A stretch of 61,334 nucleotides of DNA, filler included, from Rhizaria sp. SCN 62-66 (lineage: Eukaryota), in assembly GCA_001724265.1 (NCBI GenBank). It is 3 parts of 3 records of this genome, joined end to end, with 100 filler letters (N's around TTAATTAATTAA, not from the genome) between each part and the next. Parts side by side here need not be neighbours in the genome. Positions count along the whole stretch, not along the records: positions 1 to 18,873 come from MEDY01000481.1; 2 more parts are not named here. One strand, written 5' to 3'. Below the pieces are notes generated by a model. The model was not told the origin of the DNA. It did not search any database and was given only the letters and a program-made list of their open reading frames with translations. Shown here one piece after another: positions 1-13,607 of this stretch. Both the position numbers and the translations under genes were made by a program. Numbering within the stretch: position 1 is the first letter of the stretch; each line of letters starts with the position of its first letter.

Positions 1-806
1 CCCCCCAACCATTTATTGGATCCTGCCCATCAAAAAGTCTAGCCAAGACACTAAAAACGCGTTTGTGGTCAGCACGCATTTTGTACATGTTTCTATGTCA
101 AAATGGACGTCATCTGGATCATCTCTTTGGTAACAGATGCTGTGTTTGTTAACATGTCTGATATCTAAGTGTGGAAGACATAAGTAACCGTCATTTTGAG
201 CTATCCCTGAAAATGTCTCTTCACCGAGTTGTTCACAGATGTTATGCGACGTTATGCGACGTCACAAAAGTCGCTCTCTCCAGCTGTCTGGGATCCTCGT
301 CCATAACGCGGTGGACACTGTTTCCAGTTCCAGCCCGACGTTTGCGCCCCCCGGGGAGATTTGATGTAGAATCCGAATTTCAGGGGATATATTAATGTTA
401 ATATGAAGTTTATATGCAAGGAAACCAAGAAATATGCTCAGTTATGCTTTTTTTTTAAGACTGTGTCCAAGGGAATTAAAAAATAAGTTTGTACATATAT
501 GTACATGTACTTTCCTAGATAGTTTGACTGCAAACTGGTGAGCGAAACGTTTTTTCGACCGCGATCGCATCGATGCCACAGTGAAAAAATGACTGGGCAA
601 ACCGCTAAATTGATCAGATCTCCGCATAATTACGTTGTCAGTATTAAAAAAAAAAGGCAGTATAGTGTAATGTGTGTACGTATTGGTGATTGAAATGTTG
701 TGCACTTATTCAAACATAAGGTGTATTCTAGGTATGCCAAATATCATGAAATAAATCGGTCTCGTATAAAAACACATAAGCTTACGGTTATAAACAGTAA
801 CGATAC

Positions 807-3800
807 TCAGTAGTCATCGCCAGCAAAGCGCGAGCCCGTCGCTGCCGTAGCCGCTGCTTTGTCCCCACCGAGCTCGACGAAGAACCGCAGTCCGCGCGGC
901 GCAAACGCGCTGTGCTGCGCCTCAGCCGCGGCCGCACCGACCCACGGCCGCCAGCGGCCCTCAGTGGGCTCCCAGGTCTCGACTGCGGGTGCCATGAGCA
1001 CTGTGACGGCGCGCGAACCCGCAACGGTGGCGGCGGCATAGTCGGCGGCCGCGATCGGGTCCACCGAGACCTGCAGTCGCGCCAGACTGCGCGCCGCCGT
1101 CCCGCTCGCAGCCCCACTCGCAGTCGCGGTGGCGCTCATCGGCGCAGTCGCAGAGAGAGATGCGCTGGCAGGAGCGGGCTGCATGGGTGAGATGACGAGG
1201 CGTGTCGGCGAGGTCGTGACGATGCCAGACGGCAGCGCAGCGGCGGCGTATTCCGCGGGCGTGTAGTCGCGCAACACTGATAGCGCGAGCTTCACCACAT
1301 CGCCAGAGCCACTGCCGTTGTCGTCGTCATCGGACTCATCTTCGTCGACGACGATGCCGGCCTCACGCTCCCACGCGGCAGTGCGATCGGCGTGCTCACG
1401 CCAGGCCTCGGCGCGCACGGCCTCCAGCGCAGCGAGCTGCTCCTCGCGCCGGGCGGCCGCGAGCTCCGCCTCGGCCTCGGCCGCCGCGGACGCAGCAGCA
1501 GCCGCAGCAGCCGCGCGCGAGGTCACCTTGGTGGGCTTGCGCTGTGCCGCGGACGCGTTGGCCTGCGCGGCCGCCGCCGACGCGGCGCCTGAGCCGCTGC
1601 CGATGCGCGACCGCGGGCGCTCACGCGTGCTCGCGGTCGCCACGGGCAGCGCGATGGGCGTCGCGTCGGTCGCGGCCTCGGGGACGTCCTCTGTCAGAGC
1701 GCGCAGCAGCGCGTCGGGCAGCGGGAGACACCACTGCGAGTGCAGCGGCACTGGACGGCGCCACACACGCTTGCGACAGCTGCTCGCAGCCTGCGGCTGC
1801 AGTGGAGCGATGGCGAGGCGCACGGCGGCCTGCGGCAGGCGCGCGGCGTCGAGCGGCACGTAGGTCACGCGCAGCGGCTGGCCGTGCGGGCTGCAGTGCG
1901 TGAACGTGATCGTACGCGACGGCGCCGCGGCTTGCGCTGCGGAGGCCGCGTCGAGCCGCCAGGGCACGCTCGGTAGCGCGGGGCCCCACAGAGGCGCGAC
2001 GGTGCGCGCGCGCTGGCGCCGCAGCAGCCACGCCGCCGCGGCCGCCGCATCGACACTCAGAGCATCGAACAGGCGCTGCGCCGCGAGGAAGTCCGCCGCC
2101 GGGGAGGACACAGCACTGGCGGGCTTCTTGGCCTTCGCAGACTCGGATGAGGACGCGAAGAGGTGCGCGAGCTTGGGGTGCGCAGAGAGCGTTTCGCGGT
2201 CGTACCAGGTTAGAGGCACGAGCTTCGCGAGCGCGCGCAGCAGCAGCTCCAGGTCCTGCTGCCCGGTCGAGAGCTCAGGCGCCGGGAACAGACTGGAGCC
2301 GGGCGCAGCGACCTGCAGCGACTGCGGCAGCCCGGGCAGCGTGGCCAGCAGCGCGGCGGCCCGTGTCGCGCGCGGCACGAAGCGCAGCCCGGCGTTAGCG
2401 ATGGAGCTGTCGCGCACGACGGCCGCCGGCACGGCGCACGCGGCGGCGCGGGCGGCCGCGGCGGAGCGCCAGCTCTCGGCGCCTGGAGCACCGCCTAGCA
2501 GGGACAGCGCGGGGGTCGCAGTGGCGCCGTCAGCGGCAAGAGCGGCATCGGGGGCGGCGATGACGTGCGCCACGGCCAGCGGCAGCGGCGCGGCGTCGTC
2601 CTCCGGCGTCGGCGAAAGCGTCAGAGTCTGAGGCTGCAAAAACTCGGGGTGCGGCGCGAAGAGAGCCGCTGTGGAGCCCTTGCGGCTGACTGAGAACGGG
2701 ACAGCGGCGGCAGCGGGGGCGCGCCGTCTGAGGCACGGGAGCACTATGGCGGGCTTCTGTGCGGCGCGGCCCAACGACGGCTGGCTCGCAGTCGCCACAG
2801 AAGCAAAAAGCGCGGGCGCGGGCGTGGTCAGGACCGTGATGAGCGTCTCGGTGAAATGCGCACTGTCAAAGTTGCCCGCACGGTCGCAGGCAACGGAGAA
2901 CGCAATGGTCTCGTGGGGGTTGAACACACCCGACGCTGGCCACACCACAGCCATAGACACAGACGCAGAGTCAGACTCTGCTGCAGCGCCGTCGACGGGT
3001 GCCACTGTGATTGTGAAAGGCACGCAGTCGGCGCTCGGGTTCGTGACCGTAAACAGCGACACAGCCGCCGCGGCAGGCGCGGGCACAGGCGCTAACGCAG
3101 ACACAGGCGCAGACACAGGCGCGGCGGCGGCGGACTCACTGGCAGCGGCAGTGACAGCAAAGCGGGCGGGCGACGACGTCGCCACGGGGTCCCAGCTCTG
3201 CGACACGGTCTCGCGCTCCATCTGTTGCTGCCGCTGCTGCTGCGCCGTCGCACTCTCAGCGTGAAGCCACGCGCCGTCGTCGCGCGCGCGCAGCAGCGGC
3301 GGCGAGCGCAGCAGCGCGTCCACGTCCGCGCTCGCAGCGGACTCGATCTCCAGTCCAGCCGGGTGGGCCTGAGCCAGCACGCGCACTAGCGCCACGGCCC
3401 CGGTCGACGCGATCACGGCCAGCAGCGCGCCCGCGGCGCATGCGGTTGTGGCGGCGAAGCTCACGGTCACCGCGGCCACAGGGGCCTCAGCTATGAGCGC
3501 GAATACAGCGGGGGAGGCTGTGAACGCACACTCAGGAGACTCGGACTCTGAGTTAGACTCGTGCGCGGAGTAAGTGTTAGTGATGAGTGCGCAGGAAGGC
3601 ACGGAGGCGACTTCGGCAACGGCGGGCGCACCAGTCTCTGCGTCAAAGCCCCACTCACAGCGCAGCGCGGCGTTGTCCGCGTTACTCGTCGCGCCGTTAT
3701 TGCCGCCGCACCGCGATTGCGCGTAGCTCTGCCACGATGCGTGCGAAAAACGGCCGTCCGGCGCGCGGTGGCGGCGGCGCAGCGCGGCCCACAGGCGGCG

Positions 3801-6800
3801 GCGCTGCGCAGTCGACAGTCCCCAGTCATCTGCGCCGAACGTGGGGTCGTCTTCGGGCCACACCGCGGCCTCGCTCTGAAGTGTGGTAGTGTTGTCTTCC
3901 CCTGCGATGACGGCCTCGTCGATCCCGGCCGCCGCGGCGGAGGGTGCGTCGACCCACAGCGCGCCATCGGCCGTCACGCCTGCCGCGGCGTCGGCGGCGG
4001 CACGCGGGTCGACCGTAAACACGCAGCCAGGCAGTGTAGACAGAAAAACGTCCTCGCCGCGCGCGGGCACCGCGGGCTGCGCCTCCGCGTCGGCCCAGCG
4101 GATCGACTGCGCCAGCCGGCGCTCTGACGCGGCCGCTGCAGCCGCCAGCGCGGTGGTCGCGAGCACGCCGTCGCCCTCGGGCACGGTGCGCAGACGCAGA
4201 GGGGTGGCCGCCAGCGCCGCGGCCGCCGCGCCCTCGGCTGTGCCCGCGAACGGGCAGTCTGCGAGCAGTGCGACGGGCCGCGGCAGCAGCGCGCGCACAG
4301 TCAGCGTCGGCCCCGCCGCGGGCGCGGGCTCGGAGTCGGCGCTGTCACCGCTGGAGAAGTGCGCGGCCGCGTCTTCGCGGAGGAGGGCGTCGACTGGCAC
4401 CACGTAGAACCCTGCTGCTGCAGTAGCTGCCGCAGTCATCGCTGCAGAAGACGATGATGACAACGACTGTGCATATGCGGTCATCGCGACTGCGCGTGCG
4501 CCGACGAGCGAGGCCGTCGCAGGCGCAGTGCCGTTTGCAGCGGCGTCCGCAGCGGCGGTGACCTCGGCCGCAGACGCCTGGGGCAGCGCGAGCACCAGGG
4601 CAGCGCGCGCGCCGGCGCCGGACGCGGTGGCGGCGGGCAGCAGCAGCACAGGCGGCAGCGCGGCGAGCGCCGCGGACGCGGACGGCGGCGGCGCGGCGTC
4701 GGCCCTCGCAGCAGCCAGCGCAGCCGCGGTCGCGGTCGCGGCGGGCTTGGCGGCGTGGGACGCAACAGAGGAGCTGGGCGCGAGCGCCGGGAGCGCGACA
4801 ACTGGCAGCCGTAGCACGCAGTGCTCCAGCGCCAGCGGCGCACCGTCCGGCCCTACAGCACCGTGACCGCTAGCAGTGGCGCTGGCGGCGACGAGCTCGG
4901 GGGGCGGCGCGAGCGGGTTCGCGTACCCTTCCACCGCGAGCGCGATCGCAGTGCGCAGCGGTGCGAGCGAGTCCGCCGTGAAGCGCACCGTGAGCTCAGC
5001 GGCCATGCCGGGTGCGATGAGCCCGCTGCCCGCGGCCGCGAACGCGCCGGTCCACGCAACGCCCACACGCGAGTCCGCGGGGGGCAAAACGCGGACGCGG
5101 CGCGCGACGGTGTCGCCGTTAACAAGCCGCACGCGCGCCGTGAGCGTGGCGCCGGGCCCCGGGACGGCGGTGAAGACCACGCAAGCGGGCTCGCACCGCA
5201 GCCGCGGGCGCAGCGGTGCCGGCAGCGAGGGGTCCGTCGCCGCCGAGGCCCACACCCAGTGCGCGGGCGGCGCGGCGCAGCCGGCGGTGTCGCCGCCCGC
5301 GACGGGGCCCGGGACGGCGATGAGCGCCTCGGCCGCGGCCGCGGTGCCGGCGTCGAGGCACAGTGCGGGGGCCTCGCGCCAGAGCAGCGGATGCGCGCGC
5401 AACAGCGCCAGCAGGCGCGCGCGCTGCTGCTCGGCGAGCGCGGCGGCGCCGGGGGGAGCCCAGTCGTCGTCGGGCGCGCGCGGCAGCGGCAGCGGGCCGT
5501 TGACGACGCCGCAGCGCGCGTGGGCCGCGGCGGCCACGGACCAGGGGTCGAGCGCGGCGTATGCGTGCTCGCTCGCCGCGGGGGCCGGCGCGGGCGTCAA
5601 CGCGTGCGCCGCGGCGTGGCTGCGCGCGCGCGCGCCCGCAGTATCGCGCGCGCGATACCACTGCACGGCGCGGTGGCGCACTGTGGTATCCGACAGCCGC
5701 TGCAGCCAGAACGCGCCCGGCACAGGCGCGGTGGTCGCGGCGGCCGCCGAGAGCGAGTACGCGGGCGCGGGGCCCGTCGGCGCGCGAGAGTGCGGCGCCC
5801 AGTGGGGCTCTCGGCCCGCGCGCGCCGGCAGCGTCGTCGTCAGACAAAGCGCCTCCGCCACCGACGGCACGTAGCCGCAACTGCTCTCGCCAGCTGCTGT
5901 GGCGTCGGCCGCGGTGTTTGCTGCGGCGGAGAGGGCAACGCGCGCGGGGGCGCCGGTGCGGACGAGCGGGTGCGGGCCGCCAGTCCGCGCCGCACTGAGC
6001 GTCGCGCCCAGCGCGCTCGACGGCTGCAGCAGAGCGGCGCCCGCGGCGGGGTCGCCGGCCTCCGCGGCGGCCGCGGCCTGCGCCAGCCCGCGCGCGAGCA
6101 CCTCGGACCGGTCCCGAAAGCGCGGGTTTTTACGGAACCGCAGCTTCGTGAGCGCGTCTGCGAGCTCCTTTTGCGCAGCGGTCGCCGCGGCCGCGCCCTC
6201 GGCATGGGAGCGCTGGTACCGCGCCTCAAGGGCCAGCGCAGTAGCTTCCGCGCGGGAGAGACCGACGGCGGCGCGCGCGCGCTCCAGGGCGACGTGCGCA
6301 CGCGCTGGCGGCATCTGAATACGACTACTACTCGTGGCCGTAGCCGTCACGCCGGCGTTGTTAGCGCCTGAGGTCAGACTCGTAGCGCCGGCTGAAGATG
6401 GTGGCGACGCGGTGACGTTGTGCTGCTGCGGCCGGGACTTGGTCTTGCCCGCCATGGCGGCCGTGGGCGAGAGCACGCTGCGGCTGGGGGACGCCGGCGA
6501 CAGCACGGCAGTGTCACCCAGCGCCGTCACACCAGCGCCCGCGCCCGAGGCCAGAGCAGCGCGCTGGTCGGCGATGATCGCGCGCAGCGGGTGCGCAAGC
6601 GGGCGCGTGGCGCTGGCGGCGGCCACACGCGCGGCGACGAGCGCGTCGTGCGCGGAGGGAACGCCGGGCAGCGCGGGCAGCGCGCCGCGCGCGGGGATCG
6701 CGGCGAGCACGGCGCTCTCGGCGATGCCCACGCCGGCGCCCGCGGCGGCCCCCGCGGCGGCGGACAAGCTGGCCGCAAGCAGCGCGGCCAGCCGGGCCTT

Positions 6801-6945
6801 GACGGCGGCGTCGGCGGCGTCGGCGGCGGCGGAGAGCGTGGCGAGCTCGGCGGCCGTCGCGGGGGGCAGGCGGCGTGCCGGCAGCAGCAGGGCGGCCCCG
6901 AGACGGGACGACGCGGCCGGCGGATCCGCGGGCGTCGCAGCAGCA

Positions 6946-6977
<32 letters not shown>

Positions 6978-7793
6978 CTCATCGGTCTGAGCAGCAGCAG
7001 CGGCGGCCGCGGCGGCCTGGGCAGCGGCGGCCGCGGCAGCAGCGGCGGCGGCGGAGGCGGAGGCGGAGGCGAAGGCGTTGGATTGCGCGGTCGCGGCTGA
7101 GGAGCCGCCGGCGCCGCGGGAGCGGTTGCGGCCGGCCGAGGGCACGCGGGAGCCGGAGCGGCCAGAGCTAGACGCAGACGCAGTCGCAGCGCCGCCAGCG
7201 CCAGGGCCAGGATAAGCGAAGGCGTTCCCCGCTCTGTTGCCAGCAGCGGTGTTGGTGCCGCGGCGGCCGCGCGCGTTGAGCGGCTGCGGGGTGGCAGCGG
7301 CGGTGGCCGTGGCGTCAGAAAGAGCGGCCAGCGCAGAGAGGGCCGTCTCAGCGAGCGGGGCGGGCGCGGGCGCGGGCTCCGGCGAGGGCTCGCGGGCTGG
7401 CGCGACAGGCGCGTTCATGAGGGCTGGGAAGACGCGGCGCGCTGCCAGCTCGAGGTCGCCGCGCGTGTGCAGCGGCACGAGCACGCGCGGAAGGTCCTCC
7501 TCAAAAAGGTCCGCACGGCGCTGGCGCTCGGCGATGACGGCCGCGGCCTCGGCCTCGCGCGCAGCGGCGGCGGCGGCCTCCTCGCGGGCCACGGCCTCGG
7601 CACGAGCGGCCTCCTCGGCCTCGGCTTGCTGCATCAGGAGCAGTTGCTGGCGGGTCATGTTCGAGCGCTTGGCGCCAGTCGCGGGCGTGCCGCCGCTGCG
7701 GCGCCGGGAGTTGGCCGCGCTGGAGCCGCCGGCGCCCGTCGTGGCCCCAGATTGGGCGGCACTGCCGCGCGACAGTCCGCTGCTGGAAAGCAT
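807..7793 (-). CDS. DLEC1: DLEC1/FAP81 (CFAP81)-like ciliary protein with ASH/Ig-like domains, heavily expanded by Ala-rich inserts; apparently intronless, about 2328 aa
   Basis: Open frame from ATG 7793 (MLSSSG) to TGA 807-809. Motif LRFRKNPRF is followed by an ASH-type domain RLRCEPACVVF...RVRLVNGDTVARRVRVLPP...SGLIAPGMAAELTVRFTADSL, matching the recalled DLEC1 signature (FLKNPRF...LRVLPP...GMVAPGM). A second degenerate ASH-like unit is present (FTVTNPS...VWPASGVFNPHETIAFSV). Confidence 0.75.
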
Positions 7794-8469
7794 GCTGTGA
7801 ATCCCCACGCGAGACCTATCTGTTTGATCAGTTGAGAATGAGACACGCTCGAGGGATACAAATCAAGGGGAAAATTCTAAATCGAAGAAGACAATATACC
7901 TGGAGATAAGCTTATGGTAGAATCGTCGCAGAAAGAGAAAACTAGCGTTGGGTAACGGCTGCAGTTGACTTGTTGAAAAGACCATGGTGCACACTACAAC
8001 ATCCGTTGTTGCATGTGAAAATTATTATTGGATACTATTCCACTACAATATAACATAAAACTACACAGCTTTCTTACTGTGCGTTGTCTTTCTGTTCCTC
8101 GGTGGATTTGATCCCGAGTCCTGGCCTCCCCGCCACAAACCACCGCAACCCAGCAGACAGCGAAGACGCCAAACTTGAGCGGGTAATTATGTGAACTGGA
8201 CCGAGAGATCCCGCTGAAATTCTAGACTGAACTTGGGGTGTCCTAAAATGTCACAACCGTTTATTATTCTTCCTTTTATTATTTTGCTATAGCAGTCAGA
8301 GACTTTTGAGTTCTGGCTTGATCTTGATCGGCGACCCCACGCTTTGCTTGACAGTTGGGTGATAACCCTAGCTCTCGGTTGACCGTCTACAAGCTCTCCT
8401 AGCTCGCCCAGTGACCCGCTCTGGCTGTGGCAGCTCGCCAGACCTTTGCTTTTGCCGCCCGCAACAACG

Positions 8470-11400
8470 ATGGACTCTCACTCGGTGCAGCACGACATGA
8501 AGCGCGCGCGGCTCGCGTCTGGCGTGGATAGCAGCAACAGCAACCATTCAGCGCACCTCGACTCGCGCATCGCGCGCCTGTCGGCCGGGCTGTCCTTCTC
8601 GCACACGGGCCACCAGACAACTGTGGAGCGCCTGGCCGCGAACGCGGAGGAAGTGCTGGCCGAGGACCGCTTCAACCTCACTGCCTGGGGCTTCCTGCTG
8701 CTGCGCGCGACGGCGCAGTTCCCGCTCCTGGACTCGGGCCGCGTCGTGCTGGACCGCTTCCTGGAGACGTTCCCGCTTGCCGCGTCGGTCTGGCGCCTGT
8801 ATTTGGAGCTGGAGACGGCCGCGGGCGAATGGGCGCGCGCCGAGCGCATCATCGTCAACTCCCTGCAGCAGTGTCTCGACGTTGCGCTGTGCGACGCCTA
8901 CGTCTCGTTCGTCGCGCGCCGCTACGAGCAGTCGGGCGAGCTGGAGCCGATCAAGGACGCGTTCTGCTTTGTGCTGCGTCTTGTCGGCGACAACGCGGAC
9001 GCGATGCCTCTGTGGTGGCGGTATCTTGACTTCCTTGAGGCCACTCCGCAGACCACCGCCGAGGACCGGGACATCGTGCGCAAACTCGTGCTTGCCGCCT
9101 CATCCGAAGCGCTTCACCTCCCCATCCTTGGCCTGCCCGCGCTGGCGAACCGCCGCACACGCTTTCTTGGCCACCCCGACGACGACATCGCGCTCAAGAT
9201 TGCTCGCCGCAACGCCGAAGAGGAAGTCAGCCGTCGCTGGCGCTTCGTCAGCGGCGCAGGCCTGCCCAGCTCCGCCGCACGCCTGCTGCTGCCCGAGAGC
9301 GCGTCCTCGTCGTCCGCCCGCGAGCGCGCGCCGCCGCGGCACTGGCGCGCGGGCCCCGTGGGCCGCGTCATCGCTCCGTCGCCCGTGCTCGCCCGCCCCA
9401 CCGCTGAGACGCCGCTGCCACTGCCGCCGCTGCTCGCGCGATTTGCTGCCTTTGCCGACCGCTTCCGGCTCGGCTCGACGCGCGTCTCGCAGGACGCCGC
9501 GTTGGCCGCCGTGCTCGACACCCCCGCTGCAGCGACCACCGCGGCAAGCGCTGGGGGGCAGCGACCGGTGGTGCCGGAGCCCGAGCCGCTGCTGCCCGGG
9601 GCCTCCGTCGAAGGCCTCGTCCCTGCGCTGCTGACGGCGGCCGAGCCCGCGCACGTGGGTGCGTGGTTGGCGTACGTGCACCACGAGCGCGAGAACACAC
9701 TGCAGCTCGACTCGCCGCTGCTGCACGCGCGCGTCGCCAACGCGCTGCAGCGCGCCCGCGCGGTGTGCGGCCAGTCGGTCGAGTTCTGGCGTGTGTTCGC
9801 GACTGCAGCGCTGCAGGCGGAGCAGCCTGCGCTGTCACTCGCTCCCGTCCCCGCCGCCGCCGCGCGCGGGACTGAGTCCCGCGCGGGCACGGACGCCGCC
9901 GCGGCCTCCGCCGCTGGCGCCGCTGGAGGCGCGGCTGGCGCGGCGGCGGCGGCAGTGGCGGTGGGCGCGCGCGACTGCTTCGCCAAGCCCCCCACCGTGG
10001 CTGCGGTGTGGGGCGAGGCGGCGCGCGCGATGCCGCACTCGCTGCTGCTGCGGCTCACGCATGCCGACTTCCTCGAAGATTCCGGCGCGACGGACGCGGC
10101 GGCCGCGGTGTACGCCGCCGCGCTCGCCACCGAGCGCGTCGCCGCCACGGTGGCCAAACTAGCCGCCGCCGCGGGGGGCGAGTTCGCTCTTGCTCCGCCG
10201 GAGGACGCCGCTGCCGCGCGCCGCGCCGCTGTCTCCGCCGCCGCTGCTGCTGCTGTTGCTGCGAATGGAGCTGTGCATGCGGTGGTCGACCGCGTGTGCG
10301 AGACGCTGCGGCTCGTGACGGCGGACGAGGTTGCCGACACACTGCGACGCGCGGTTGACGCGGGCGCGGTGTCGAGCGAGGACGCGGACGCAGTACGCCG
10401 CTACCACGACGTCGTCGTCGTCCGCGGCAAGCTGCTCTTTTCTGCCACTGCCGCCGTCAGTGCGACTCCGACTGCGAGTTCGAGTTCGAGTTCGGCAGAC
10501 GCGGTCCCCACCACAGCCAGGTCAGCGATCGGTGCCAACGGTGAGCCGCTTGCACTGGGCGTCAGTGTCTCGAAGCTTCTCGCGGGCGTGAAGCCCAATG
10601 TGGCCGCGCCCGTGAGCTACGACTTCGGCCCGCCGGCGCAGACGCCGCCGCTGATGTATATCGCGGCGATGCGCTTCCAGAAGCGCTATCGCGGCATCCG
10701 CGCCGCGCGCGACGTCTACGAGGTACGATTTCATGCTTAATCGCAGCGAACATTGATTGGCTCTCGTTAATTTCAATTCTGCGTTTGAAATCTTTTCACC
10801 TATTCTCACTTTATTTTTAAATATGTATTTTGGTTTGTATTTGTTCTGAGCAGAAGGCCCGTGTGAGCGCGACGTGCACGTGGCACGTCATGGCCGAGGC
10901 CGCGGAGTTGGTTGCAGACTCGTCGCGCGAAGCCCTGGCCATTATGACCGAGGCCGCGGACAAGCATCTTGCAGACTCAGACTTTGCGCGTGCGTTTGTT
11001 GACTTTCTCGAAGCACGCGGCTCCGTCACAGACTTCAAACCTGTCCTCGAAAAGGTACGTGCTTATTGTTCGCTTACCATACTTGAATTCGAATAGTGTT
11101 TTCTCGCTTGTGTGTATTTTAGACTCATATTTACATTTCATATTTTGTGCTTATTTTCGGTTGTCGATTCCACCGCAGCTGCGGTCTCCGGAGCTCTTGC
11201 AGGACAAGAGTCGCGCGTACCGCGCGTGGCTGTGGGATCGCATCGTAGCCTTCTCGCAGTCGCAAACGCTGTCGCTGGCGGAGCTTGAGCGCGTGCAGGT
11301 CGAGCGCAACGAGGCGCTGGGCCTCGCCCCGCCCGTGGTGACCGTGCACACCTCGCGCGCCATGGCGCGGCTGGAGGAGTCGCGCTCGGACGCGCGGCAG

Positions 11401-12481
11401 CGGACTCAGGACCAGCGCCGCATGGGCCTCGCCACGGCCGAAGACCAGGCCCGCGCGCTGAATGAGTCTATGCGCGCGCGGGCCGCCGTTGAGAATGCGG
11501 ACGCGCGACTTGACACGGCCGCGGGACGGCTGTTGCGCACGGGCGCGCTCGAGTGCATCGAGCGCCACTCTGCGCGCGGGCTTCTGCCCTGTCTCCACGC
11601 AGAACGGTACGGAACAGTCAGATGACAAAAGCAGACTTCACAAGTGACATATCCTTTTATTTTTCATGTTGTGTTTCTTTTTATAATAATTAGTCAGTAA
11701 TATTTCAATTGTACTCGATATTATCTATGTCTAACCGCTTCCAATACGAATTCTGTTCATGTTTCACAATAGGGACGCCTTGTTGAGCGCGCGCCTGCGC
11801 CATCAGAGCGAGAAGCAGCTGAGCGAAAGCGCAGAGGCGCCTCCCAGCGTGCGCCAGCTTCGCACCGTCGCGCACAACCCGCACGAGCTTGCCACACTAA
11901 AAGGCGTTTTCGTGCAGCCGTCACTAGCCGCTTTGACGCCGTATACGTTCACACACGCAGCTATGTGGCGCTACGAGCCCGGCGACGCGTTCCCCGAGCC
12001 ACTGCCGCCGCCCGCACTTGCCCGCGCCGCGCGCCCGCTCGCGCTGCCGCCGCGCGCGCGCGCGCTCGACCGTCTGCTGCGGCTACTTCCCGCGGGGCCG
12101 CTGCCGCACCTGGCGCTGCGCACCAACGCGCTGCTGGAGCGCACGGCAGCGGTGCGCGTGCCCACCTCGACCGCCGACGCCGCCACCGGGGGGCCCGGGG
12201 TCTGGCGCGCGCTGGCGATCCTGCTGCCCGACGCGCCCGCCGCGCCGCCCGCGCCGCCCCTGGCCCTGCCGGGGGGGCTCTCGGCCCCCCCGGCGCCGGT
12301 GACGGTCAAGACGTCCTCGCACAGCGCGCATGGCGCTCATGGCGGGGGGGCGGCGCACGGGCAGAGGCAGCAACACAGCGTGTCCGTGCCCCCGCCGCTG
12401 CCGCAGCAGCAGCAGCAGATGTCACAGCACTTGCCGCCGCCGCCGCCGTTTGGCGCATTCGGCCCCGGCGCGGGCGCGGGG

Positions 12482-12532
<51 letters not shown>

Positions 12533-12751
12533 AATAGTAACATGGGGCCTGGTTCGATGCAGATGCAGCATCAGGGAGGACTGAGCCACGGTCACGGTCA
12601 CGGCGTGCAACACGTGCACGGGATGGCACCCCCGCCGCCGCATCTGCCGCACCAGGGTCAGCAACAGCACGGCCACGGCCATGGTCACGGACATGTGTCC
12701 CAGGGGCAGGGGCAGTGGCAGGGACAGCCCACTCCCTACGGGCGCCGGTAA
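8470..12751 (+). CDS. CSTF3: Cleavage stimulation factor 77 kDa subunit (CstF-77/Rna14/Suf), HAT-repeat protein; exons 8470-10722, 10854-11054, 11179-11606, 11773-12751
   Basis: HAT repeats (FNLTAWGFLL...FLETFPLAASVWRLYLELE...LWWRYLDFL; WLAYVHHERENTL...RV; LMYIAAMRFQKRYRGIRAARDVYE|KAR...HV) match CstF-77. Three GT..AG introns (10723-10853, 11055-11178, 11607-11772) join four ORF-track pieces in frame. Ends in TAA. Confidence 0.85.
12482..12532 (+). repeat. (ATGGGC)8 hexanucleotide microsatellite encoding a Met-Gly dipeptide run in the CstF-77 tail
   Basis: Read directly: eight tandem ATGGGC units followed by ATG. Confidence 0.95.
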
Positions 12752-13607
12752 ATACGTGGAGTCCTGGACAAAAACAGCAACTCGAAGACTCCTACCTTTG
12801 CATCGTTAATATCAACTGTGGGTGGTGTGCTCTTAATTACGTACGCGCTTTTTTTAATTCACTCTTTGTACTTAGCTGTGATTGTATCACTGAATCACAA
12901 CAAATATATTTTGCTTAACTTTTAATACACACGCATTTTTCTGCGAATCAAATCTACTATTCGTAAGCTTACATCTGGTCAGATTACCATAGCTTTGTCT
13001 TGTTTTGATGGTCATATTGCGGATCCTGTCCTGTTCTTTGTTCATGTTGTTCACCCTATCTATCAGAGCGCGCGCTCGCGAGCAGCTGTTCCTACGTCAG
13101 AGTTGTCGCGAAATAGCGTGACGAACGGCAAGTTAGTTTTTTGGATGGCCTGGTGCAACAAAGCAACTGTGATAAAATATGCTGTGAAGAAAATATAAAG
13201 TGTATTTGCGAAGGCACGCGTGACGCGATCGGTCCCAGACGTGTCTTTTGAATTCCGCTCACCATAACTACGAACTACTGTTATTATTACTAATTATTAT
13301 AACTGAATATGCTGATTTTTGTTTTACAAAACGCACAACACAAAGCATGCGCACATCAAAAAATATCTGATACGAATAAGCTTGCTGCTCTGTCTATCGC
13401 AAACTTCGCAACAAACAAGACTACTCTCAAGTCCCAACTTCTTTTCTTGTTGCTCTCTGCTCTCAGCGCATTAAATATATCTCACTAACCCCCGAGACCA
13501 CTAAACGACACTACAATGAGCTTAATTGATCGTAATTGCAATGTCCTGTTTCCTTCCCTGTTACTATCTGCAAGCGCTTCTCTCAGCGTTGCGTCCCTTT
13601 GCTTAGC

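Noticed and set aside
1-780. AT-rich region with a 10-nt tandem duplication (GTTATGCGAC x2, 241-260) as a transposon remnant
   Set aside because: No terminal inverted repeats, target-site duplication or transposase similarity visible; it cannot be supported from this window.
7946-7957. CGTTGGGTAACG upstream of DLEC1 as an RFX X-box
   Set aside because: Spacing does not fit the 13-14-nt X-box, and no matching site was seen upstream of LRRC9.
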